Source: an uncultured Coriobacteriaceae bacterium (GTDB lineage Bacteria; Actinomycetota; Coriobacteriia; Coriobacteriales; UMGS124). From it: 64,000 nucleotides of DNA. The notes beneath the pieces are model-generated. The model searched no databases and was not told the origin of the DNA. It saw only the letters and a list, made by a program, of their open reading frames with translations. The DNA lies in assembly GCA_964510125.1 (NCBI GenBank), contig CAZEAF010000001.1, positions 2,362-66,361 of the forward strand, read 5' to 3'. Positions 49,615 to 57,433 of this stretch are shown piece after piece (the first letter of the stretch is position 1; every line of letters begins with the position of its first letter). The translations under genes and the position numbers were made by a program.

Positions 49615-50079
49615 TCATGCTTGCGCCGACGACGCCACGCCTGTGGACCCAAAGCCATTGGCGCCACGGTCGGTCTGGTCGAGCTCCTCAACCTCGTGCA
49701 GGCGGACCGTGGGCACGGGCTGGATGACTAACTGGGCGATGCGGTCACCATGGTGGATTGCGATGGGTGTATGGGCGTCTGTGTTGATGAGGATGACTTT
49801 TAGCTCGCCCCGGTAATGGGAGTCTATGAGGCCGGGTGTGTTCACGATGGAAAGGCCACTTCGTATTGCTAGACCGCTACGGGGCTGCATGAAACCCGCA
49901 TAGCCGTCAGGCAGGCCAATGGCCATGCCGGTGGACACCAGGGCCCGCTCACCGGGCTGCAGGGTCAGGTCCTGGGCGCTCAGGATGTCCAGGCCAGCGT
50001 CACCCTCATAGGCATAGCTAGGCAGGGGGAGCGACTTGTCGAGCCTTTTGATGGTCACGTCTACGAACATCTGAGACAA
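49615..50079 (-). CDS. dut: dUTP diphosphatase
   Basis: GDAGLDI, RSGLA and [10 protein letters not shown] motifs. TTG start 5 nt after GGGGAGGG. Confidence 0.92.
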   Translation of the reverse strand: MSQMFVDVTIKRLDKSLPLPSYAYEGDAGLDILSAQDLTLQPGERALVSTGMAIGLPDGYAGFMQPRSGLAIRSGLSIVNTPGLIDSHYRGELKVILINTDAHTPIAIHHGDRIAQLVIQPVPTVRLHEVEELDQTDRGANGFGSTGVASSAQA

Positions 50080-50100
50080 GGTGCCCTCCCCTATTCAATC

Positions 50101-50135
50101 ATTATAAATAATATTAATCAATCTATTAATATTAT
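50101..50135 (-). promoter_or_regulatory. dut promoter (-35 TTAATA 50124-50129, 17 nt, -10 TATAAT 50101-50106) overlapped by a perfect 11-6-11 inverted repeat
   Basis: Plus strand reads ATAATATTAAT(50108-50118)-caatct-ATTAATATTAT(50125-50135). It is embedded in a block of about 55 bp made almost only of A/T in a G+C-rich genome. The nrdR stop codon (50132-50134) lies inside it. Confidence 0.55.
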
Positions 50136-50599
50136 ATATCTGTATCTGACGATATGGATGCAAGCTCTTGGTAAAAGCCCTCGAGATCGCCAAAGTCTTT
50201 GTAGACCGAGGCAAAGCGCACATAGGCCACCTTGTCAAGCTTGCGCAGGTGCTCGAGGACCAGGTTGCCAAGCTGGCGGGAATCGACCTCGTTGATGAAG
50301 TGGTTGCGGAGTTCGGTCTCAATGTCATTGATGAGCTCGTTGAGCTTCTCGACCGAAATGTTGCGCTTGACCGTGGCGGTGACCAGGCTCTTGAGCAGCT
50401 TTTCCCGGTCGAAGGACTCGAGCGTGCCGTTCTTCTTGCGCACCTGGAGGGGATGCTCCTCACGGCGCTCGTAGGTCGTGAAGCGCTCCTTGCATTCGGG
50501 GTTGAGGCATTCGCGGCGTCGGCGCGTGGCATTGCCGGACTCAGCCGGGCGTGAGTCTATGACCTTTGACTCCGTATAGCCGCACTTGGGGCACCGCAT
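50132..50599 (-). CDS. nrdR: transcriptional repressor NrdR
   Basis: MRCPKCGYTESKVIDSRPAESGNATRRRRECLNPECKERFTTYE (zinc ribbon) plus an ATP-cone. GAGGAGG precedes ATG 50599. The ORF-track extension was trimmed. Confidence 0.94.
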   Translation of the reverse strand: MRCPKCGYTESKVIDSRPAESGNATRRRRECLNPECKERFTTYERREEHPLQVRKKNGTLESFDREKLLKSLVTATVKRNISVEKLNELINDIETELRNHFINEVDSRQLGNLVLEHLRKLDKVAYVRFASVYKDFGDLEGFYQELASISSDTDI

Positions 50600-50639
50600 G
50601 TATCCTCCTCGATGAATTTGGTTCGGGTACATGCGAAAG

Positions 50640-50660
50640 TTTACCTCACCTGTGAGTAAA
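50640..50660 (-). promoter_or_regulatory. imperfect inverted repeat upstream of nrdR
   Basis: Plus strand TTTACcTCAC-ct-GTGAGTAAA: 9-bp arms with one extra base. It lies about 40-60 nt upstream of the nrdR ATG. Confidence 0.3.
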
Positions 50661-50729
50661 TGAATTGTATGTTTTGCTCCCCTATCGCTAGCCTGGTTGT
50701 TGGCTATGCACATCTATGCCAAGCCTGGC

Positions 50730-51227
50730 TTAGCCGGCCGTGGGGACCAGGATGGTCTGACCGGGATAGATGGAGCTGGCCTCAAGACCGTTGAGGTCGG
50801 AGATGAGGCGGACGGCCTCATAGGTGCTGAGGTTGCTGACGGGGTTGCGGTCGGCAATGGACCAGAGGGTGTCGCCAGGCTGGACCGTGACGGGCGTGGA
50901 GGCATCGGAAGCCATGAGGGCCCGGTAGGTGGAAGTCTGGCCCACCATGGTCCAGGCCGAGACGGCGATGACGGCTGCGATGGCACTGGTCATGAGAAGA
51001 ACGAGGGCGCGGATCTGCCGGCGACGGGAAAGGGAGCGCCTCATTTGGTTGTGGCGGATAGAACGCTCGATCTGCCGGGACCTCGTAACGGCGCTGGGCT
51101 CGGACTCTGCAATCTGGTAAAGCCGGGCATGGTTGGGGTTGTAGTCATTGAAGAGGTTCTGGCCCACAAGACCGGCTGGTGCGTATGCGTGCTCAGTCTC
51201 AAAAGCGGCTATGCTGGTGGTATTCAT
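50730..51227 (-). CDS. LysM-domain membrane protein, candidate SOS cell-division inhibitor (YneA/ChiZ-like by architecture and position)
   Basis: Basic region, a single TM segment ALVLLMTSAIAAVIAVSAW, and a C-terminal LysM domain VTVQPGDTLWSIADR...IYPGQTILVP. Divergent from lexA and shares its SOS-box region. AGGAGG RBS. Confidence 0.75.
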   Translation of the reverse strand: MNTTSIAAFETEHAYAPAGLVGQNLFNDYNPNHARLYQIAESEPSAVTRSRQIERSIRHNQMRRSLSRRRQIRALVLLMTSAIAAVIAVSAWTMVGQTSTYRALMASDASTPVTVQPGDTLWSIADRNPVSNLSTYEAVRLISDLNGLEASSIYPGQTILVPTAG

Positions 51228-51292
51228 GTGGTCCTCCTATCCGTTTCTGTCTGCGACCGCATCATGGGCTAAGGTGGGGACAGAAACTCTTG

Positions 51293-51360
51293 GAACGTTC
51301 GTTCGGCGACCATGATAGCAGAACGAGTGTTCCGTGTGAAGGGTCTACGAACACCTGTTT
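51293..51360. promoter_or_regulatory. three LexA (Cheo-type) boxes in the lexA/LysM divergent region
   Basis: GAACGTTCGTTC (51293-51304), GAACGAGTGTTC (51321-51332) and GAACACCTGTTT (51349-51360). The spacing is 28 bp start to start. The third box overlaps the lexA -35. Confidence 0.75.
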
Positions 51361-51388
51361 GACATTCTTTTGAGGTGACATCTATACT
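51359..51388 (+). promoter_or_regulatory. lexA promoter (-35 TTGACA, 18 nt, -10 TATACT)
   Basis: Hexamers at 51359-51364 and 51383-51388. A GTTCGA half-site follows at 51391-51396. Confidence 0.55.
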
Positions 51389-51413
51389 GGTGTTCGACGA
51401 AAGGAGCCTCAGG

Positions 51414-52058
51414 ATGACCACTTCCGATGCCAAGCTCACTAAGCGCCAGCAACAGATTTACGATTACATATGCCAGACAGTGTTGGATAAGGGCTATCCC
51501 CCGAGCGTTCGTGAGATTGCCTCGGCCGTCGGCCTCAAGAGCCCCTCGACGGTCCACATGCACCTGCAGGTGCTGGAGGACAAGGGCTATATCCAGCGCG
51601 ACCAGTCCAAGCCCCGTGCGCTGGAGATTAGGGATGACCCGCGTGCGGCGAGCGCTGCCGACGGCGTCGAGCCGGTCGGCTCGGGAATCATTACGGTGCC
51701 CATCGTTGGCCGGGTGGCGGCCGGCCAACCCATCTTGGCTGAGCAGAATATAGAGGGGTCTATGGCCCTGCCCCAGTCTATCGTGGGAGATGCCGCCTCC
51801 TTCGTCCTGCGCGTCAAGGGCGAGTCAATGATTCAGGCGGGCATCTTCGACGGGGACTATGTGATTGTCCGCGAGCAACAGGACGCGGTGAACGGTCAGA
51901 TTGTGGTTGCCATGGTCGATGACGGGGCCACGGTCAAGACCTTCTATCGGGAACAGGACCGCATCCGGCTGCAGCCCGAGAACCCCGCCATGACCCCCAT
52001 CTACGCCGAGAACCCGGTCATCCTAGGCAGGGTCATCGGTCTGATCCGAGCCATGTAG
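51414..52058 (+). CDS. lexA: LexA repressor
   Basis: LTKRQQQIYDYI wHTH domain and an S24 peptidase domain, VKGESM...K dyad. GAAAGGAG precedes ATG 51414. Confidence 0.95.
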   Translation: MTTSDAKLTKRQQQIYDYICQTVLDKGYPPSVREIASAVGLKSPSTVHMHLQVLEDKGYIQRDQSKPRALEIRDDPRAASAADGVEPVGSGIITVPIVGRVAAGQPILAEQNIEGSMALPQSIVGDAASFVLRVKGESMIQAGIFDGDYVIVREQQDAVNGQIVVAMVDDGATVKTFYREQDRIRLQPENPAMTPIYAENPVILGRVIGLIRAM

Positions 52059-53375
52059 GTCGTCCGCGGCGGGGCGGTCGGGCCGGTCTCCCCTTTCCTG
52101 GAAAGGCTCGAGCCTGGCTGCCAGCAGCGGGGGCGCAATCACTGTCATGCGGGTGCCCGACTGGTCGAAGGACTGGGTCAAGATGGTCCCCTGCTCGTGG
52201 CAGCGCTTGACCAAGTCTCCCCTGTCATAGGGTATGAGCACCTGCAGGGTCGTGTCGCGGGACCGGGCGATGCGGGAGATTGCCTCCACCAGGCTCTCCA
52301 GACCGTCCCCAGCCAGGGCCGATACGGTCGCCGCATCAGGGTGGCGGTGGCGCAGGGCCTGCAGGTCCTCGTCTTCCAGACAATCAATCTTGTTGTAGAC
52401 CACGAGCTGGGCGATGCTGCTGGCGCCAATCTCCTCCAGGACGTCATCAACGGCTCCCAGCTGCTGGCTCACATGGGGGTCGGAGGCGTCGGCTATCTTT
52501 AGGATGAGGTCGGCTCCCTTGACCTCGGCTAGGGTGCTTTTGAAGGCCTCCACCAAGCCGGTTGGCAGCTTTTGGATGAAGCCGACCGTGTCGGTGAGGA
52601 CGGCCTGCCTGCCGCCGGGAAGCCCCAAAAGGCGGGTCGTGGGGTCCAGGGTGGCAAAGAGCAGGTCCTGGGTGAGCACCTGGGCATCGGTGAGCTTGTT
52701 GAGCAGGGTGGATTTGCCGGCATTGGTGTAGCCAGCCAGGGCCACCCGGAACATCTGGGACTCATAGCGCTGCTTGTGTTGGACCTCGCGGTTGGATTCT
52801 ACCTTGGCCAGCTCCCGGCGCAGGGTTGACATGCGGTTGCGGATGAGGCGGCGGTCGACCTCGAGTTGGCTTTCGCCTTGGCCGAAGCGCGAGCCGATGC
52901 CGCCGCGGGTCTTGTCCTTGGCCAGGTGCGCCCACATACCGCGCAGGCGGGGATAGAGGTACTTGAGCTGGGCCATCTGTACCTGGAGCTTGCCCTCGCG
53001 CGTCTGGGCGTGCTGGCCGAAGATGTCGAGGATGAGGGCTGTGCGGTCGATGACCTTGAAGTCCAGGCCGACGGCGCGCTCGATGTTGGACTGCTGGGAG
53101 GGCGTGAGCTCGTCGTCGAAGATGACGACGTCGGCCTTGAGGGTTTCGGCCATCTCCTTGAGCTCGGAGAGCTTGCCGGACCCCAGGAAGGTCTTGGCGA
53201 AGGGGCGGTCGAGCCGCTGGGTCACCCTGCCCACTGTGTCGGCCCCGTCGGTCCAGGCCAGCCGTTCCAGCTCGTCCAGAGACTCATCGACAGTCCACTC
53301 GCCCGGGCCCAAATCGACGCCAACTAGGACGCACCTCTCGCGCTCGGGCGCGACAACAAAGGGCTCCTCAGCCAT
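52023..53375 (-). CDS. hflX: GTPase HflX
   Basis: HflX N-terminal domain and G domain GYTNAGKSTLLNKLT...DTVGF. The 3' end overlaps the lexA 3' end by 36 nt. Confidence 0.92.
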   Translation of the reverse strand: MAEEPFVVAPERERCVLVGVDLGPGEWTVDESLDELERLAWTDGADTVGRVTQRLDRPFAKTFLGSGKLSELKEMAETLKADVVIFDDELTPSQQSNIERAVGLDFKVIDRTALILDIFGQHAQTREGKLQVQMAQLKYLYPRLRGMWAHLAKDKTRGGIGSRFGQGESQLEVDRRLIRNRMSTLRRELAKVESNREVQHKQRYESQMFRVALAGYTNAGKSTLLNKLTDAQVLTQDLLFATLDPTTRLLGLPGGRQAVLTDTVGFIQKLPTGLVEAFKSTLAEVKGADLILKIADASDPHVSQQLGAVDDVLEEIGASSIAQLVVYNKIDCLEDEDLQALRHRHPDAATVSALAGDGLESLVEAISRIARSRDTTLQVLIPYDRGDLVKRCHEQGTILTQSFDQSGTRMTVIAPPLLAARLEPFQERGDRPDRPAADDLHGSDQTDDPA

Positions 53376-54456
53376 GGACCTGCTCCTTCGTCAGACGTTC
53401 GATGACCGTGGTGAGCAGCTGGGACGTGGTCGCATGGGTCGCGTCGAGCCACTCGACACGGGGGTCTTTCCTGAACCAAGTCATCTGTCGTTTGGCATAG
53501 CGGCGCGACCGCATCTTGATCAAGTCGACAGCGGCAGACATAACCTCGCCCTCGTCGGCGCCCTCCCCCACGGCACGGAGCGCCTCTATGACTTCCTTGT
53601 ACCCGATGGCCTGACGCGAGGTCAAGGAGTCGGCCAGGCCCTGCTGGACCAGGCCTCGCACCTCGTCAACCAGGCCCAGTCCCATCATCTGGTCAACCCG
53701 GGCGTCAATGCGCCGGTAGAGGGGGTCCCGGTCCCAGGCGAGGCCGAAGACCCGGGTGGGATGGCGGTTTATGCGGACCTGGAGCCCCTCGTGTTTGACG
53801 GCGTAGGTCGTCCCTTGCTCCAGCAGCTCAAAGGCCCTGACCACCCGCCGCACGTTGTTGGGGTGGATGATGGCCGCGCTGGCTGGGTCTTTCTGGGCCA
53901 AGAGTTTGTGGATACCCTGGGGCCCCAGCTCCTGAGCGAGCTCCTGATAGTGCTCGCGGACAGGGTTGTCGACCTGCTCTCCGGCAGCGAAGGCCATGTC
54001 CTCCAGGGCGGCGCGCACGTAGAGGCCCGTCCCCCCGCAGACGACGGCGGTCTTGCCTTCCCCAATGAGCCCATCGATGGCCTGGTGGGCGAGCTCGGCA
54101 TACTCGGCTGCCGAGAAGGTCTGGCCGGGATCGGCTATATCCACACAGAGTAGGGGCACCGGTCTCTCCCCCACCGGGGTCTTGGCCGTGCCAATGTCCA
54201 TGCCCCGGTAGACCTGCATGGAGTCGGCCGAGACCACGGAGGTGCCCAGTTCTAGGGCCAGGGCGTCGGCCAAGGAAGACTTGCCGGAGGCCGTGGGACC
54301 CACGATAGCAACGACATCGCAGACAGAAACAGAGGTTGCATGAGCTGGGGTTGCGGGGACCACGGACCCTGGGACCGCGGGGCCGAGGTCATGGCAATCA
54401 AAGGCCGCGGGGCCGGGGACCGCTGGGCTGGGCGTGGCAGGGCTAGGTGTCGACAA
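53368..54456 (-). CDS. miaA: tRNA dimethylallyltransferase with P/A-rich N-terminal extension
   Basis: GPTASGKSSLA P-loop and MQVYRGMDIGTAKP. Confidence 0.92.
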   Translation of the reverse strand: MSTPSPATPSPAVPGPAAFDCHDLGPAVPGSVVPATPAHATSVSVCDVVAIVGPTASGKSSLADALALELGTSVVSADSMQVYRGMDIGTAKTPVGERPVPLLCVDIADPGQTFSAAEYAELAHQAIDGLIGEGKTAVVCGGTGLYVRAALEDMAFAAGEQVDNPVREHYQELAQELGPQGIHKLLAQKDPASAAIIHPNNVRRVVRAFELLEQGTTYAVKHEGLQVRINRHPTRVFGLAWDRDPLYRRIDARVDQMMGLGLVDEVRGLVQQGLADSLTSRQAIGYKEVIEALRAVGEGADEGEVMSAAVDLIKMRSRRYAKRQMTWFRKDPRVEWLDATHATTSQLLTTVIERLTKEQVHG

Positions 54457-55858
54457 GCGTGCCCTCCAGGTACCAGGTGCGGGCCAGGTCTATGTGGGCG
54501 CCCATGATGCGACCGACGTACTCATGACCAGCGTGGCCTGCGGGGATGGGCACGTGGACCGTCTGGTTCTTGGGGCTGCGACCCGAGAGCATTGCGGCGT
54601 TTCGCTTGGAAACGCCCTCCAAAAGGACCGGAACGGTCTGGTTGAGCTCCTTTTGGTTCTGCTCGTAGGCCGTGGTCTGGATGACCTCCACCAGCCGGTC
54701 AAAGCGGTCCTGGATGACCTCGCGGGGCGTGTCGTCTGCCATCTTTGCCGCAGGCGTCCCCTCGCGCTTGGAGTAGATGAAGGTGAACGCCTGGCTGTAG
54801 CGGACCTGCTCGGCCAAGGACAGGGTCTGGAGGAAGTCCTCCTCGGTCTCGCCTGGAAAGCCGACGATGATGTCAGTGGACAGGGCGATGTCGGGCATGG
54901 CGGTGCGAATGCGGTCGACGAGGGCCAGGTACTGCTCGCGCGTGTAGGTGCGGTTCATGGCCTTGAGGATGCGTGAGGAGCCCGACTGCACGGCCAGGTG
55001 GAGGTTGGGCATGACGGCTGGCGTCTGCGCCATGGCCGCAATGGTCTGGTCGGAGAGGTCCTTGGGATGGCTGGACGTGAAGCGGACCCGGTCGATGCCG
55101 GTGTTGCCCACGGCCTGCAGGAGCTCGGCGAAGCGGGGCGAACCGTAGAGATCGCGTCCGTAGGAGTTGACGTTTTGGCCCAGCAGCGTGACCTCTTTGA
55201 CGTTTGCGTCGGCCAGGCGGCGGACCTCGTCGACAATCTCGTCGAATTCCCGGCTGCGCTCACGCCCGCGCACGTAGGGGACGATGCAGTAGGTGCAGAA
55301 GTTGTTGCAGCCAAAGGTGATGGGCACCCAGGCGTGGAACTCCTCGTCGCGGCGGGAAGGCAGGTCGGTCGAGGCCTCGCCCAGCACATCGGCCTCGAGC
55401 AGAGCGCTGATATGGTCCTGGCCGGCTAGGGCTCGCTCGATGAGCTGGGGGACGCGGGACAGGGTGTGGGTGCCGAAGACGACGTCCACGTTGGGCAGGT
55501 GGGTGAAGAGGGCCTCGCCGTCGCGCTGGCCGATGCAGCCGCCCACGCAGACGACGCGCCTGTCCGACCCCGGCCGGGGCGGCAGGTTCTTCATGGTGGC
55601 CACCTGGCCGTAGAGACGGGTGTCGGCGGCCTCGCGCACACAGCAGGTGAGGAAGACCACGATGTCAGCGTCCTCGTAGCGCTCGACAGGCAAGGATCCG
55701 CAGGTCTCGAGCATGCCGCGGACGCGCTCGGCGTCGTGGAAGTTCATCTGGCAGCCAAAGGCGCGCACGACGTACGTCGTACCGGCCAGGGCCCGGGTGT
55801 CTGTGCCGGCTGCGGAGGCCACGGGCTGGTCAGTCGAGGCGTTCGTCATATTCGGCAT
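54443..55858 (-). CDS. miaB: tRNA-2-methylthio-N6-dimethylallyladenosine synthase
   Basis: FGCQMNFHD, radical-SAM CNNFCTYCIVP, and a TRAM domain. The start (55858 or 55849) overlaps the spoVS 3' end. Confidence 0.92.
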   Translation of the reverse strand: MPNMTNASTDQPVASAAGTDTRALAGTTYVVRAFGCQMNFHDAERVRGMLETCGSLPVERYEDADIVVFLTCCVREAADTRLYGQVATMKNLPPRPGSDRRVVCVGGCIGQRDGEALFTHLPNVDVVFGTHTLSRVPQLIERALAGQDHISALLEADVLGEASTDLPSRRDEEFHAWVPITFGCNNFCTYCIVPYVRGRERSREFDEIVDEVRRLADANVKEVTLLGQNVNSYGRDLYGSPRFAELLQAVGNTGIDRVRFTSSHPKDLSDQTIAAMAQTPAVMPNLHLAVQSGSSRILKAMNRTYTREQYLALVDRIRTAMPDIALSTDIIVGFPGETEEDFLQTLSLAEQVRYSQAFTFIYSKREGTPAAKMADDTPREVIQDRFDRLVEVIQTTAYEQNQKELNQTVPVLLEGVSKRNAAMLSGRSPKNQTVHVPIPAGHAGHEYVGRIMGAHIDLARTWYLEGTLVDT

Positions 55859-56159
55859 CCTTGCGTTCGCTGACGAGCATGGGCGTGAACTCATCGATGG
55901 ACCGGGGATGGACGGTGAGGCGGATGGCAGTGCGCTTCTCGCCGTCAATCACGATGTCCTGGAAGACCGGCGAGCACGACACGTCGATGCCGGTAGGAAT
56001 GAGAAAGCCGCGGGCGATGGCGATGGCCTTGATGGACTGGTTGACCGCGCCTGCGCCCACCGCCTGCATCTCGACGGGGACACCATCCTTAATCATGCCT
56101 GCTATGGCGCCAGCCACGCTGGCGGGCGAAGACTTGCTAGAGACCTTGAGGTAGTCCAT
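55830..56159 (-). CDS. spoVS: SpoVS-family protein with C-terminal extension of about 23 aa
   Basis: MDYLKVSSKSSPASVAGAIAGMIKDGVPVEMQAVGAGAVNQSIKAIAIARGFL...DGEKRTAIRL is nearly colinear with B. subtilis SpoVS. Confidence 0.9.
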   Translation of the reverse strand: MDYLKVSSKSSPASVAGAIAGMIKDGVPVEMQAVGAGAVNQSIKAIAIARGFLIPTGIDVSCSPVFQDIVIDGEKRTAIRLTVHPRSIDEFTPMLVSERKDAEYDERLD

Positions 56160-56267
56160 GTGAGCTCCGGTCAGGCTACGTATCAGATGCGATTGAATAC
56201 AGTTACCGCATAGTACATTAAGAACGTGCATATGGTGCGGGCTGGACATTTCTGCGAGGGGCGCCCA

Positions 56268-57422
56268 TCAGTCCTCCTTGCCGAACTCGATGGTCACCGA
56301 GATTTTGTTGGCGTGCACGCTCACACGGGGCGCGGATACGTCAGTCAGGTAGTAGCCAGCGCTCAGCTCTGAGAAGGCCTTGGCCACCCGGTCGGCAAAA
56401 GCGTCGACGTCAGCCTTGTCCAAGCGAAGGCCCCTCCGGTCACGGACCAGGTCGAGCGGAGACTGTCCGGCACCTTCTTTTCCGCCAGGTACCCGGGGTT
56501 CCTGCAGAGCCCCGTCATCCACTGTGGCAAGCAGGGTGTCGAGTAAGGGTGGCTGGACAGGAATCTCGCCGGCCATGACCCGGTGGGCATTTCGCAGGGA
56601 AAGGTCAAGGCCCAGGCCCTGGCAGACGAGGGCCAGCTGCTGGGCGGTGGCGGCCGCGGCTGGTCCCGCGCAGACCCCTTCTCCCGGGGAGTCCTTGAAA
56701 AGGGCCCGCAAGGTCGCGGCAATCTGGGAAGGGGTGCCCAGCCAGACCTCGACGCCGCCCCTCTCCTCCAGGGCGAACTCGGCGGCCGTGCGGGGTATGT
56801 TGTGGGGCCCGCGGGCCACAATCAGAATCCCGTCCTTGCCTGGTTCCAGGTCGGGAAGGGTGGATTGGTCATCCCGCTCAGCTAGCTTGGTGCAGTCAAC
56901 GGTCACGGCGATTGAGGTGCCGCAGCCGGGTTTGGAGGCGCAGACCCGGGCGGATGACACGTTCTGGGCGATGGAGTAGAGGGCCATGCCGCGCCCGTGG
57001 ACGCCCCAGTGGTCCATATGGACGCTTGTGAGCTTGGAGGTCACGCGGGCATCGAAGATCTTTTTATGCATGTTGGCGGGTATGCCGGACCCGTCGTCGA
57101 GGACGACCAGGGACCTCTCGTCTCCCCTGCGCGCGGTGGCCAAGAAGACCCGCCTGGCCCCTGCGTCACGGGCGTTGCGGAGAAGCTCAATCACGATGTC
57201 CTCGACGCAGCGGATGTCGTGCTTGGCCTGGCGGCGCTCGGCCTCGGCCACCCGCAGGCGGACGAAGCCCTGACCGAAGGACTCCTCCACCCGCAGGGAG
57301 TCCTCTCCCGCCACCTTGGCGATAAAGTCGACGAGACCCCCGTCACCGGCCGCAGCGGACAGGCCGGCGGTGACGGGGGTGTTATGCGGCTGGTCCTGCG
57401 GGCTTCGCTCGGAAAGGGGCAA
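56268..57422 (-). CDS. orphan GHKL-type ATPase domain protein (no DHp/His-phosphotransfer domain, no TM)
   Basis: N-box IELLRNARDAG, G1 box VLDDGSGI, G2 box HGRGMALYS. The C-terminal 180 aa or so have no motif I can recognise. Confidence 0.6.
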   Translation of the reverse strand: MPLSERSPQDQPHNTPVTAGLSAAAGDGGLVDFIAKVAGEDSLRVEESFGQGFVRLRVAEAERRQAKHDIRCVEDIVIELLRNARDAGARRVFLATARRGDERSLVVLDDGSGIPANMHKKIFDARVTSKLTSVHMDHWGVHGRGMALYSIAQNVSSARVCASKPGCGTSIAVTVDCTKLAERDDQSTLPDLEPGKDGILIVARGPHNIPRTAAEFALEERGGVEVWLGTPSQIAATLRALFKDSPGEGVCAGPAAAATAQQLALVCQGLGLDLSLRNAHRVMAGEIPVQPPLLDTLLATVDDGALQEPRVPGGKEGAGQSPLDLVRDRRGLRLDKADVDAFADRVAKAFSELSAGYYLTDVSAPRVSVHANKISVTIEFGKED

Positions 57423-57433
57423 AAGGCCCTCCC

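Noticed and set aside
50090-50150. The AT-rich island interpreted as tandem NrdR boxes.
   Set aside because: The repeats lack the CAC...GTG flanks of the NrdR-box consensus as I recall it. Their centre-to-centre spacing is 18 bp, not about 21 or 31-32 bp. It is kept as an unassigned operator candidate instead.
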